This document shows, piece by piece, positions 18,687 to 29,995 of a stretch of 64,000 nucleotides of DNA. The notes under the pieces were generated by a model that saw nothing but the letters and a program-made list of their open reading frames with translations, made no database searches and was not told the origin of the DNA. The DNA lies in the NCBI GenBank assembly GCA_963842525.1, contig CAWJGT010000021.1:1-64000 (forward strand). The letters run 5' to 3'. Every line of letters starts with the position of its first letter. Positions within the stretch are counted from its first letter, which is position 1. The stretch comes from an uncultured Holophagales bacterium (GTDB lineage Bacteria; Acidobacteriota; Thermoanaerobaculia; Multivoradales; UBA5704). Both the position numbers and the translations under genes were made by a program.

Positions 18687-21600
18687 GCCTCCGCAGATGG
18701 CTTGTCCTGATCGGTTTCGCGCTGCTGGCGGTCCCGGGGACGGCTCAAACGAACGAGCCGGCGGGCTCGGAACACGGTTGCCTTGAAGACATCTCCGCCC
18801 GTCTGGAAGCCCGCTTGAAAGCCCTGCTCGAGCGCTGGGACGAGATTCCTCCGCCGTTGGTGCCGGTCTCCGGCCGGTCATCCGAAGAAGTCCTCGCCAC
18901 AGCTTCCGAGGAGGAACAAGCCCTTGTCTGGGAATGGATTACGTTTCTCGCTCTGAGCCCCCCGGCCGAACGAGCCGCCCTCATCAGCCGGGAGCTTCAG
19001 GCCCGGCCGCTTTCCGAGGTCGACGTCTGGCTTCCGGAGAGATTCACCGACGATCTTGGAGCGACGAGCCTGGAGGAGCAGGCGCTCTATATCGAAGCCT
19101 GGCTGGAATGGGCGGAGGCGCTCGGCCGGAAAGACGCAATTCTGCAGGCTGCCGGTTTGGGGCTGGATCGGTTATCTCTTCGAGCAGAGTCGAGGAATTT
19201 GCTCGAAATTGCCTCTCGCTGGGCAAGCCTTCCCTCTCCGGAATATGCCATACGTGGAAAAGCAGCTGTCCTCTCCCAATATGCAACCCGGCTCTTCAGA
19301 GCGGGCGAGAACGAAAAGGCTCTCGATGCCTACAAACACGCTCGCAAGCTCTTCGGGGGTGTCGGGGACCGACGGGGACAGGGAAAAACGTTTAGGGGTG
19401 AGGCGGAGGTCCTGCTTGTGTGGGGCGAAAATGAGAAGGCTCTCGACACCTATCGAAGCGCCCTCAAGCTCTTCGAGCAGGTCGGGGACCTACGGGGGCA
19501 GGGAGACGCGTTCAGTGGTGAAGCGGACGTCCTGTTTCTATTGGGCGATGTTGAGAAGGCACTCGATGCCTACAGAAGTGCACGCAAGCTCTTCGAGCAG
19601 GTCGGGGACCTACGGGGTCAGGGAACCACGTTCCGTGGTGAGGCGCGCGTCCTGGGTCAGTTGGGCGACTACAGGAAGGATCTTGACGCCAACAGACGCG
19701 CACAGAAGCTCTTCGAGCAGGCCGGGGATCAATTGGGACAGGGAAACACATTCCTTGTTGAGGCGGACGCCCTGCGTATTTTGGGCGACTGCGAGCAGGC
19801 TCTCGAGTTGTACAGAAGCGCCCACAAGATTTTTGAGCAGGCCGGTTACCTGATGGGACAGGGACACGCTGTCAGAGGTGAGGCGGCGGCCCTGATTCAG
19901 TTGGGCGAGAACGAGAAAGCTCTCGACGCCTTCAGACGCGCACGCAAACTCTTCGATCAGGTCGGGAGCCGGCGAGAACAGGGAAACACGCTCTTTGGTG
20001 AGGCAGACGCCCTGAATATATCTGGCGAAAACGAGAAGGCGCTCGACGCCTACAGAAGCGCACGCAAGCTCTTCGAGCAGGTCGGGGACCTACGGGGACA
20101 GGGATACACGCTCAGGGGTGAGGCGGATATCCTGTATACACTTGGCGAGAACGAGAAGGCACTCGACGGCTACAGAAACGCACGCAAGCTCTTTGAGCAG
20201 GTCGGGTTCCGACAGGGACAGGGACAAACGTTCATTGGTGAAGCGACTGTCCTGTCTACATTTGGCGAGAACGAGAAGGCTCTCGACGCTTATAGAAACG
20301 CACGCAAAGTCTACGAACAGACCGGGAGCCGACAGGGACAGGGAAACGCATTCCTTGGTGAAGCATTCCTTTTGTTTCAGTTGGACGAGAACGAGAAGGC
20401 TCTCGACGCCTACAGGAACGCACGCAAACTCTACGAGCAGATCGGGCACAGACTGGGGCAAGGAAACACGTTCCTTGGTGAGGCGGATGTCCTCTTTCAG
20501 TTGGGCGAGAACGAGAAGGCCCTAGCCGCCTACAGAAGCGCGCACAAGCTCTTCGAGGAGGTCGAGCATCCTGTAGGTCTAGGAAATACTCTCTTAGGAG
20601 AGGCGAGGCTCCAGAGCCGCCAGGGGAACGAGAACGATGCAAAGAATCTCGCCTCTCAAGCGATCGCCGCCTACCTCAAAGCAGGTTTCGTGAGAGGTGA
20701 ACGATCCGCTTGGCTCGTCATGGCGGAGGCGGAACACTCTTCAGGGAGCCTGGAGCCTGCGGTTTCGGCTGCCCGGGAGACAATTCGCCTCCATGCGGTC
20801 TGGCGTTCCAAGGAAATCTCCGAAAAGCAGCGAGTGCGAGAGGACGAGTCGATTTCGGCCGCCTATGACATGCTGGTGCCCGTCCTTTTGTCTCGGGCGC
20901 GGACGGAGCAAGCACTGGCCGCTGCCGAGGAAGCACGGTCCCACGTGCTCCTGGACCTCCTGGCAGCAGGTTCCAAACAGGGCAAGCCGGGGGCGGCCAT
21001 CGATCTGCGCGCGGAGCGCCGGCGCCTCGAAAGCGAGTTGGCCCACGTCGAGAACGAGAGCCGGCAGGCTGCCGATGCAGGCCGGCTGGCAGAGCTTCAA
21101 AGGCGGCGGAGTCGAATCGATCGCGAGCTCGACTGGAACCAGTATCAGACACTCGCCGCTGAGCAGAATGCCTTGCTCACCGCCCAACCCCTGGACGCTG
21201 CGGGGATCCGAGCCATCGCACGCGAGACCGGCCCCATTCTTCTCTACTATGCGACGGACAAAGAGCTGATCGGCTTTCTTGTGCCCTCCGACGGGACGGA
21301 CACCTTCGTCGCGCGGATCGATCTCTCGCGAGACCGCTTGAGCGAGGCCGTCCGGCGGTACATCCACGACGAGGCGAACCCATTCTATGAAGACCGTGCG
21401 GCGCAACAGGGCCGTGAGCTGTGGGATCTGCTGCTCGCGCCCTTCGCGGCGCGTCTTTCGGCAGAGGGGCCGGCGGGCGGGCCGCTCGTGATCGTTCCGC
21501 ACGGCCCGCTGCACGAGCTGCCATTCGAAACCTTTCTCGACCCCGCCGGAACGCCTCTCTTCGAGCGCTGGGCGGTGAGCTTCGCGCCGTCGGTGTCGAC

Positions 21601-22243
21601 TCTCGCCCGCGCCCGCGAGCGGCACAAAGAGCCGCAGCCGAAGGACTCCTTTCTCGTCTTCTCGTCCGGCCGTGGGCTGGATCTGCTGGAGGCGGAAGCC
21701 GGTGACGTGGCATTGCTCTTCGGCAACGACAAGGCGGCGTTCAAGCCGACCGAGGCGAGCTTCGAAAACTACGAGAACCTGGTTCCCGGCGCCCGGCATC
21801 TGCTGATCTCCACGACCGGCACCTGGGCACTGGGAGATTCGCGGAAAACCTATCTGGAAATCCTTCCCACCCCTGGCGTGCACGACAGCCGGCTGAGCGT
21901 GGCGGAGATCGCGGCCATCCCTCTGACCGCGGAGCTGGTGGCCCTGGAGGCCTGCGACACGGCCCGGGGAGAGACGCGGCAGAGCGACGAGAGGCTCGAT
22001 CTGACACGAGCCTTTCTGACCGCCGGAGCCGCGTCGGTGCTGGCGACGCGCTGGAAGGTGCCGGATGAGCCGGCGACCACCCACTTCCTCCTCGACTTCT
22101 ACCGCGCCTACCGGCAGGGCGGCCCCGGCGGCAAGGGGCTGCGGAAGGACCAGGCGCTGACCGAAGCGCGCCGCCGCTCGCGCGAGCGAGGCGACCCCGC
22201 CCAGGTCTGGGCGGCGTGGGTGTTGGTGGGGGATGCACGGTAG
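18683..22243 (+). CDS. Exported TPR-CHAT domain protein, paralog 2
   Basis: ATGA overlap with paralog 1. Near-identical N- and C-terminal domains, 11 TPR repeats. Confidence 0.92.
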   Translation: MSLRRWLVLIGFALLAVPGTAQTNEPAGSEHGCLEDISARLEARLKALLERWDEIPPPLVPVSGRSSEEVLATASEEEQALVWEWITFLALSPPAERAALISRELQARPLSEVDVWLPERFTDDLGATSLEEQALYIEAWLEWAEALGRKDAILQAAGLGLDRLSLRAESRNLLEIASRWASLPSPEYAIRGKAAVLSQYATRLFRAGENEKALDAYKHARKLFGGVGDRRGQGKTFRGEAEVLLVWGENEKALDTYRSALKLFEQVGDLRGQGDAFSGEADVLFLLGDVEKALDAYRSARKLFEQVGDLRGQGTTFRGEARVLGQLGDYRKDLDANRRAQKLFEQAGDQLGQGNTFLVEADALRILGDCEQALELYRSAHKIFEQAGYLMGQGHAVRGEAAALIQLGENEKALDAFRRARKLFDQVGSRREQGNTLFGEADALNISGENEKALDAYRSARKLFEQVGDLRGQGYTLRGEADILYTLGENEKALDGYRNARKLFEQVGFRQGQGQTFIGEATVLSTFGENEKALDAYRNARKVYEQTGSRQGQGNAFLGEAFLLFQLDENEKALDAYRNARKLYEQIGHRLGQGNTFLGEADVLFQLGENEKALAAYRSAHKLFEEVEHPVGLGNTLLGEARLQSRQGNENDAKNLASQAIAAYLKAGFVRGERSAWLVMAEAEHSSGSLEPAVSAARETIRLHAVWRSKEISEKQRVREDESISAAYDMLVPVLLSRARTEQALAAAEEARSHVLLDLLAAGSKQGKPGAAIDLRAERRRLESELAHVENESRQAADAGRLAELQRRRSRIDRELDWNQYQTLAAEQNALLTAQPLDAAGIRAIARETGPILLYYATDKELIGFLVPSDGTDTFVARIDLSRDRLSEAVRRYIHDEANPFYEDRAAQQGRELWDLLLAPFAARLSAEGPAGGPLVIVPHGPLHELPFETFLDPAGTPLFERWAVSFAPSVSTLARARERHKEPQPKDSFLVFSSGRGLDLLEAEAGDVALLFGNDKAAFKPTEASFENYENLVPGARHLLISTTGTWALGDSRKTYLEILPTPGVHDSRLSVAEIAAIPLTAELVALEACDTARGETRQSDERLDLTRAFLTAGAASVLATRWKVPDEPATTHFLLDFYRAYRQGGPGGKGLRKDQALTEARRRSRERGDPAQVWAAWVLVGDAR
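19302..20600 (+). repeat. 11 tandem 120-bp coding repeats (TPR array)
   Basis: Same 40-aa unit as paralog 1, every 120 bp from about 19304 to about 20504. Confidence 0.9.
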
Positions 22244-22287
22244 GCAAACTGGCGGCGGAAGTCGTGGCCAAGGAGCAGATCCTCTGT

Positions 22288-25200
22288 TTAAAAAAGCGGC
22301 AATTGCCGTGGATGGAGAGCAGAGGACTCCGGCGAGAGTAGCTGCCGCGGTGGAGGTGCCTGCACTTCGGCGATCATACCCTCCAGCGGCAGGTGGACCC
22401 AGGTGGAGACCGTCTTTCCGGGCAGCGCCCGGGCCACGACGTCCGCGTAGCAGCCGAGCTGTCCGGCCAGCGCTTCGGCTTTCGTTTGCGCGGTTGCCCA
22501 TCCGAAGCACTTGTGGTCGATGATGGCGAAGGTTTCCCCAGTCTCGACGAGGAGGTCCGCGGTGCCGAGGAGGAGGGTTCCGGTTTCGAGCTTGAGGCCC
22601 AGGGGCCATTCGGTGCGCAGGCGGCTGTTCGGGCCGAAACGTTTCCGCACCCAGCGCCAGAGACGATTGCCGAGCTCCAGCAGGTCGGCAGGGGCCAGGG
22701 CGCCCACGACCTGGAAGCGGTCGAGGAGCCCGGCGGCCAGGGCGAGGCGGTCCGGTTTGGGACCCAGGGGATCGTCCGCGGCGAAGAAATTGTGAAGGGT
22801 GGTTCCCAGGACGTCCATGTCGACCGAGCGGTGAATGCGCACGGGAGGTCCCAACCGCTCAGGTTTTCCCAGCCGAGCCGGACGCGGGGAGGCGGACGAT
22901 GGCGATAGGGAGGCAGGCTCGTGCAGGATGACCGGCCTGCCGGCGCGAATCGTTCCCGGCTCCTGGCGCGGCTCGATGGGCTCGGCGGGTTGAGAGGCGG
23001 TGACCTGGAGCTTGAAGTCATGAGCGGCCCAGGTGGTTTCCACGAGACCTGCGGTAACAGCGGGCTCGCGGAGCATCCCAGGCTCGATCGCATCCAGGGT
23101 GCCCAGCAGTCCGCCGAGCAGCTTGCCCTGTTGCGCGGCCAGGATCAGGTGATCGCAGGCGCGCGTCCAGCCCACATAGAGCACGCGCAGCGCTTCGCGC
23201 TCAGCCTGGCGGGAGACGTAGCGGTGGGCTTCGCTCTGTGCGTAGGCGTCCTTCACGGGGCCGGTCTGATTGGAGGTCGTGTAGGGATTGGGCCAGAAGT
23301 GAATCCAGCGGCCACCGAGGGGATCACTGACATCGAAGGCTTTGCGGTCGCTGAGCACGTGGACGCCATAGGCGGCGGGCTCGCGCACGGATTCGAGGCC
23401 GAAGAGGACGACGATGGGCCATTCCAATCCCTTGGCGGCGTGCCAGGTCGAGACCGTGACCGCTGCGTTGGAGCCTACGCGCGCGGCGGTGTCGCTGCGC
23501 GACTCGCCCCAGCCGGAATCTTGCGCAAGGTTTTCGAGATGCGCCAGGAAACCCACCAGGGAGGGCGCGTCGCCGCCGGCGCGGCGTTGCTCACAATAGC
23601 GCATGGCGTGGCTCATCAGAGCATCGAGATTGGCGGTGCGCTGAATGGGCTCGCCCCAGGCGGCGCACAGGCGCCGCAGGTCGAGAGCGTCGACGACGGT
23701 GCTCACGACGGCGAGGACATCCAGATCCGGCTCATTTTTTCGCGCCGTCAAAACAGCATCGACCGCGGCGCTGCGCGCCAGGTTCTCAGGGCTCTCGAGA
23801 TCCAGGACCTTTTCGGCGAAAGCCGCCGCGTCGTCCGGATGGTCCAGGATCCGCACCAGCGTGGCGGCGGCCAAGCGGTCGCGCGGGTCCACCCAGAGGC
23901 GCAGCCCGGCGAGGAGGACCTGCGCCTCGGCCGCTGCGAGCAAGCCGACGCGGGCGACCACGGACGCGATGCCGAGCTGGCCCAGGCCCTCGGAAACGTG
24001 CCGGCATTGATCGTTCGTGCGACAGAGGATCGCCAGATCGGCCGCGGTGGCTGTGCGGTGGCTGCGCGTGCGGCGATCCCAGATCGTCGGCCGTGTCGCG
24101 AGAAGATCCCGCACGCCTGCGGCGACAGCCTTGGCTCGGGTGCTCCTTGGACTTGCCCGGGCCGGAAGCGGCCAATGACTGATTGCGGGACCCAGCTCGG
24201 TGGACTCGATCCTTTCGGGCTGCGGTGCGTACCCGCGCCTCCGGCATGTTTTGCTGCTGCGAGAAGGCGCGCGAGAAAATCGCATTTGTCAGCTCGACCA
24301 GGGCGGGCCGGCTGCGGAATGACCGCGACAGAGTGTCGACCCGCGACTGGCGCTCGACCGTATCCAGCGCCGCGATAATCAGATCGGCATCGCGGGAGGG
24401 GCTCGACAGCGACTCGATCGCCGCGTCCATGAGCGCGGGATCGGTGCCGCGGAAACCGAAGATGGCCTGTTTTGGATCGCCAACCCAGACGGACGGCGCG
24501 AGCTCGGCCAGCTTGAGAAAGATCGCGAGCTGAAGCGGACTCGTGTCCTGAAACTCGTCGACCAGAACCAGATCGAGCTGCTCCGCCAGGATCTCGCAGA
24601 TGTCCGGGAGGGAGAGCAATTGGAGCGCCCACACCTCTTGATCGACGAAATCGAGAAGCCCCTGATCCTGCTTGAGCCGCTGGTAGGCCCGGAGGCCGTT
24701 CTCCGCCACCTCAAACATCAGCCGGATGAGCCGGTGCAGGTCTTCCCTCAGGCGCGGGTGGCCCAGGTGCCGGGCGGCGGCGGCTTGGACGGGCGCGGTG
24801 TGGGCGAGAGACTTTTTCGTGGGGAGTTTAGTCTGTAGCTTTGCCCAGTCCCCCCAGCTGAGCCGGCCGCGGTCGAAATCACGGCGGCACTCCGCCAGAA
24901 GCTCACAATAGGACTGAGTGCCCTTTGTGGTGTCACCGTTGCATTGAATGACCTCCAGAGCCCGCTCGATTTCCGATCGGAGCGCGCCGTCCAGCTCTTC
25001 CGCCGTTCCCGTGACCGGCCCCAGGCACTGATCCAGCGACGCGACCGAACGCTCGGCCGACGCGGCCAGGCTGCCTTCCGCGTCGAGACCGTTGGCGCGC
25101 GCGGCTTCGATCAGGCGCCGCACCTCGTAGTGCCAGTTGAACTTGAGGTCGAATTTGTCGCAAAAGGCCTGGAACTCGTTCGACACGTCATCCGTGACCA

Positions 25201-25546
25201 CCGCGGCGAGAGCCCGCTTGAGCGCCAGCTCGGCGCCCGCTTCGTCGAGGACCCGCAGCTCGGGAGAGAGGCCCAGCTCGAAAGAGAAATCCGCCACCAG
25301 CGAGCCGCAGACGGCGTTGACCGTGCCGATGCGGGCGGTGAGCAGCGTCTGCGCCGCCTGGCCACGACCGTCCTTGAGCAGGCGGGTCCTGGCGCGGTTG
25401 AGAAGCTCCGCGGCGGCCTGCTTGGTGAACGTGGTGGCCAGAATGGCCTCGGGGCGGGTCTGGCCTTGCACGGCCTCGCTGAGCAGTTGGGCCAGGCGCG
25501 TCGTCTTGCCGGTCCCGGCGCTGGCGGTGATGATCCGGATGTCCAT
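22288..25546 (-). CDS. UvrD-type helicase/nuclease (AddA/RecB-like), frameshift near 24220
   Basis: ASAGTGKT, TFTKQAA, DEFQD, VGDPKQAIFGFRG; the second frame gives STWHAAKGLEW, LYVGWTRA and nuclease GTADLL...IIDHK. Confidence 0.85.
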
Positions 25547-25568
25547 GGCTGGAGATGATTGGCTTCGA

Positions 25569-28068
25569 TCAGGCCTGTCCGCGTCCGCAGAGCCCCGGGT
25601 AGTCGCAGTGCTTGCAGGGCGGTGCCACTTCCAGCCCGGCCGGCGAGAGCGCCGACTTCACAGAATCGCCGGCCGCTCCCGGCGCATCGAGCCGCCCTCC
25701 GGCCATGGCTTCGCGGCGGCGCTCCAGGGCCGCCGTGGCGGCCGGCCAGACGGCGGAGGCGCGATGCGTGCCTGGAACCTTGGCATCGTCGGCGAAACGC
25801 CCGCCGGGCTCGGCCAGCAGCTCCTGGCTCTGGAGCACGAAGTAGGCGGTTTCCACGGGCCGTCCTTCGGCTTCGCGCATCGCCGCATAGTTGGCGAGCT
25901 GGATGGCGGTGCCGGTGAGGAGCTTTTCAATATACGTGCTCTTGCCCCATTTGAGATCCAGCAGCACCGCCGGATCGTCCCAGGCGAGATCCAGGCGTCC
26001 CGCGACGGCCTGCCCGGCGGCCATAACCTGTCCTGGGGTCTCGGTTTTCATGCCGCTCGCCCCGTGTTTTTGCGCCAGCCGAAGCAGCTCCCGGGCCGAT
26101 TGGACGACCGCGTGCCGCACCGTCGCCCGCACGGCTTGATGCCGGGGAAGAGCCAGGTCCTCGCAGAGGTCATCGCACTGCCGGTCGAAAAGCGTCCCGG
26201 CGAGGAGGGCCGCCGCCTCCGGCGAGGCATGCACCTGTGCGAGAGCCTGTCCGAGGATCCAGTGGGCCAGAGTCCCGAAGAGCAGCGGGCCGGGTGGCGG
26301 CGGACCTTCCGCGAGCCCGGGCCGCAGACGGGCGCGGTAGTGCAGCGCCCAGGAGAGCGGACAGCCGAGCAGCTCTTCGAGGCTGGACGGCGATTCGACG
26401 TCGCGCAGGACGACCGGCGACCTCAGGGTCACCACCGGGGCCGGCTCCACGAGCCGGAGCGGCGCGGCAGGGAGGAGCCGTGCCGGCGCGAGCTGAGTGA
26501 TGAAGTCGCGCTCCAGCAGCCTCGCGTCGTGGAGGTCCGCGCGCGCGGCCGTCACGTCGTCCCAGAGAGGATGCGGATGATTGGGCTCGCCATTCGGAGC
26601 GATGAGCGGGCAGGCCAGAATCAAGGCCTGCTCCGCCTGCAGGAACGGCCTGCGCCAGCCCTCCGTCTCGATCGCCATGGCCAGCGCAGGATCGGGAGCC
26701 TCAGCGCCCACGGCGCGCAATCCTTCGCGCTCCGCGCGGGTGAGCAGCACGCGCTCAGGGCGCGGCACCGCGTCGCGCGAGAAATTCCACCAGACGATGG
26801 CCCGGGCCGGCGCCAGAATCGCTCCCGGGCGGGCGACGTGGGCCAGCCCCGCTTGCGCCGGCTGCCAGGTCCAGGCGGGCTCGCCGAGACTGTCGCAGAG
26901 CCGTCTGAGCTGATCCCAGGAAAGCTCGCTCACCTGCCACAGATCGATCGCCTGGAGCAGCGACCGGATACGGCTCGACAGTTCCAGGAGAGACGGATCG
27001 AAGGCCACCCGGGCGCGTGCCCATGTGTCGAGGGCCTTCATGCGCCCCCCCAAGGCCTGGATGGACAGCTTTTCGGCGCGTCCGCAGACCGGCGAGAGCA
27101 GATCCGCCAGCCGCTTCTCGACGTCCTCGCGCCTCTCCTCATCAATGTGGGCAAGCCCCGCGGCGAGAGCCTCCTTCCAGGCGGCCGTCCGGCGTCCCGG
27201 GAGCTGCCGGATCGCCGTCATGAGCTCCGCCGCGACCGCCCTCGGAACCGGCCCGGGGCTGGCCACCAGCAGCGCGTGCAGATCCCTCATCTCCATGGGA
27301 TGGAAGGCGGCTTCGAGGACGAGCGACAGGAGGCGCGACGAGGCCGGAGGCCCCGCATGCGCGCCGACCCGCGGCAGCCCGTGCCGCGCCAGCGCTGAAT
27401 CGAGCACGCTGTCCGCGCCGATGAGGACGACGCCGTCCAGAGTGTCCCAGGCCGCCAGCGAGGCGGCGACCTCATCTGCGACATCGAGAAGCTCCGTGGC
27501 GCCGCAGCAGACAGCAGCGCCGGTCTTCCTGCGGGGCGAAGCCGCGGGTCTGCAGCCTCTCCTCGACCGCCACGCCGGCACGCCGCAGCCCCTGGAAGAG
27601 CGCGCGCCAGAGCGGGGCGAGAGAGGAGATGTTGGTGTAGCTGACGAGAGACCCGATACCCGGCGAGCGGACGGCCAGAGCCTGCGCGACCGCTGTCAGC
27701 CGATCCGGGATTCCGGGAGACGCGTCCGCCGTGGCCGCCGCCAGCTCTCCGAGCCGCTGCGAGACCGGCTGTCCCGTCCAACCCCAGAGCCGAAGCTCGT
27801 CCCGGTCGCGGAGGAGACGCCGGCTGGTCCCCAGCGGATCGACGGCGAACGAGGGCTGCCAGAACCCCGGCAGATCGCGAATCCCGGCGGCGAGCCGGCA
27901 GGCCCGCTGGAGCGGCTCCTCGAATCGGCCGCCGAGACCGAGGCGCGTCTCCAGGAGATCGAGGATTCCTAGGGGGCCGAGCCAGACCTCACCGAACGCG
28001 AAGCCCGCCTTCCCCAGGGAACCCGGCCAGCCGGGGCCGTCCAGCGCCGCATCGAAAATCACTCTCAC
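25569..28068 (-). CDS. PD-(D/E)XK nuclease family protein (AddB-like), frameshift near 27530
   Basis: SPSSLEELLGCP, GTLAH, GRLDL...LLDLKW, QLANY and C-terminal CKHCDYPGLC. The N-terminus is in ORF 27472-28068. Confidence 0.8.
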
Positions 28069-28159
28069 GGGGAGAGCATCTTGTCACAGGCTTCCGAGAG
28101 ACTCCGGCATCCGCGGCGGCGGGCTCGCGCACAACGTCAGAATCACATCGTCCCGGCGG

Positions 28160-28315
28160 CTCCTCGACTTCTACCGCGCCTACTGGCAGGGCGGTCCCGG
28201 TGGCCAGGGTCTGCGGAAGGACCAGGCGCTCACCGAAGCGCGCCGCCGCTCGCGCGAGCGGGGCGACCCCGCCCAGGTCTGGGCGGCGTGGATGTTGGTG
28301 GGAGATGCACGGTAA
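28160..28315 (+). pseudogene. Orphan 3' end of a third CHAT paralog
   Basis: 156-bp diverged copy of 22088-22243 (LLDFYRAY...WAAWMLVGDAR*). Confidence 0.85.
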
Positions 28316-28365
28316 GGGGCGGCTCAGAGGCTCATGGTAGACTGCGTTCTCTCGACGGCGCCTTC

Positions 28366-29988
28366 ATGAGCTCTCTGCGATTCGATGGCTCAACGCTGGA
28401 CCTGTCCCGCACAGGTACGGACGTGGTGTGGGGCAAGGGCGACCTCGCCTTCGAGCCGATCCCCACGCTGACCATCCTGTTTCACCCGCAGGTCCTGCGC
28501 GTCGGGGCGCGGGCGTATCTGGGCCAGATCGTTCGCGGGCAGGAGGCCCGCCTCAGCCGGCTGGAGCCGGACTTCGAGCAGCCGGGCTCCCAGGCACCGC
28601 TCAACGACCCCTATCTCAGCCGGCGGCCGATCCGTTTCCTTCCCGTCCCTGGCGGCATCGAGATCCGGCTGGACGAAGGCCACACGCGGATCGCCCTGAA
28701 CGGGGAGCCGGTCGACGGCAGCCGCGTGCTCTCCCTGGCCGAGATCCGGGAGGGGGCCGTGCTGGAGATGGCAGGCCTCGTGGTCCTGCTGCTCCACCTC
28801 TTCGTTCCGCCCAGGCTCCCGGTCTGCGAGCCCCACGGCCTGGTCGGGGAGAGCTCGGCGATCGCCCAGGTCCGCGCGGAGATCCATCGCGTCGCCGATC
28901 TCGCCGTCCCGATCCTGATCCGGGGCGCGACGGGGACGGGCAAGGAGCTGGTCGCGCAGGGAATCCATGCCGCCAGCCGCAGGCATCGCGGTCCGTTCGT
29001 CAGCGTCAACCTGGGCGCCATTCCCCCGTCGCTGGCCGCCTCGGAGCTGTTCGGCGCGGCCCGCGGGGCCTTCACGGGCGCGGTGCAGGCCCAGGACGGG
29101 TACTTCCGGAAGGCCCAGGGGGGCACTCTCTTTCTCGATGAGATCGGCGAGACGCCACAGGAGGTGCAGGCCTCGCTCCTCCGCGTGCTGGAGGCCGGCG
29201 AGATCCAGCCGGTGGGTGCACAGTCCGCCCTGCGGGTCGACGTGCGGGTCCTCGCGGCCACCGACGCGGACCTCGAGCAACGGGTCCAGGCGGGGACGTT
29301 CCGCGAGCCCCTCCTGCACCGGCTCGCGGGGTACTCGATCCGGCTTCCGCCTCTGCGGGAGCGGCGCGACGACATCGGGCGCCTGCTGGTCCACTTCCTG
29401 CGCCAGGAGCTGGCCGCCACCGGCGAGCTGGAAATCCTCGACCGGGACTCGCCCCACCTGCTCTGGATGAAGCCGGCTCTGGTGGTGCGGCTGGCCCGGT
29501 ACGACTGGCCGGGCAATGTGCGGCAGCTCCGCAACGCGGTCCGGCAGTTGGTGATCGGCAGCCGCGGCCTGCCGCAGCTCCAGTCCAGCCCGGGGTTCGA
29601 GAGTCTCCTCGGTGTCCTCAGCGGTGGCCTTCCGGTCGAGCCGCCGGCCGCCGCGCCGGCCGTTTCCGCTCCGGCGCCGGCCAGCGGATCGGTCGCTGCC
29701 CGGCGGAGAAAGCCGGCGGACATCTCCCAGGACGAGCTGCTGGCCGTGCTGCGCGCCCATCGCTGGCGCCTCAAAAGCGCGGCCGAGGCGCTGGGGATCT
29801 CGCGGCCTTCGCTCTACGTGCTGATCGAGCACTGTCCGGCGATCCGCAAGGCGGGCGACCTCAAGGTCGAGGAGATCGTGCTCTGCCATCGCGAGTGCGG
29901 AGGCGATCTCGATCTCATGGTCGAACGCCTGATGGTCTCGCGCGACGCTCTCCACCGCCGCATCCGCGAGCTCGGCCTGGTTTCCTGA
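28366..29988 (+). CDS. Sigma54-dependent transcriptional activator with degenerate FHA-like N-terminus
   Basis: GATGTGKE, intact GAFTGA, LFLDEIGE, WPGNVRQL and a Fis-type HTH. The N-terminus has DPYLSR...LNG. Confidence 0.9.
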   Translation: MSSLRFDGSTLDLSRTGTDVVWGKGDLAFEPIPTLTILFHPQVLRVGARAYLGQIVRGQEARLSRLEPDFEQPGSQAPLNDPYLSRRPIRFLPVPGGIEIRLDEGHTRIALNGEPVDGSRVLSLAEIREGAVLEMAGLVVLLLHLFVPPRLPVCEPHGLVGESSAIAQVRAEIHRVADLAVPILIRGATGTGKELVAQGIHAASRRHRGPFVSVNLGAIPPSLAASELFGAARGAFTGAVQAQDGYFRKAQGGTLFLDEIGETPQEVQASLLRVLEAGEIQPVGAQSALRVDVRVLAATDADLEQRVQAGTFREPLLHRLAGYSIRLPPLRERRDDIGRLLVHFLRQELAATGELEILDRDSPHLLWMKPALVVRLARYDWPGNVRQLRNAVRQLVIGSRGLPQLQSSPGFESLLGVLSGGLPVEPPAAAPAVSAPAPASGSVAARRRKPADISQDELLAVLRAHRWRLKSAAEALGISRPSLYVLIEHCPAIRKAGDLKVEEIVLCHRECGGDLDLMVERLMVSRDALHRRIRELGLVS

Positions 29989-29995
29989 AGCGAGC

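Noticed and set aside
15625-20600. Diversity-generating retroelement target
   Set aside because: There is no reverse transcriptase or non-coding template repeat in the window, and the variation is not obviously restricted to adenines.
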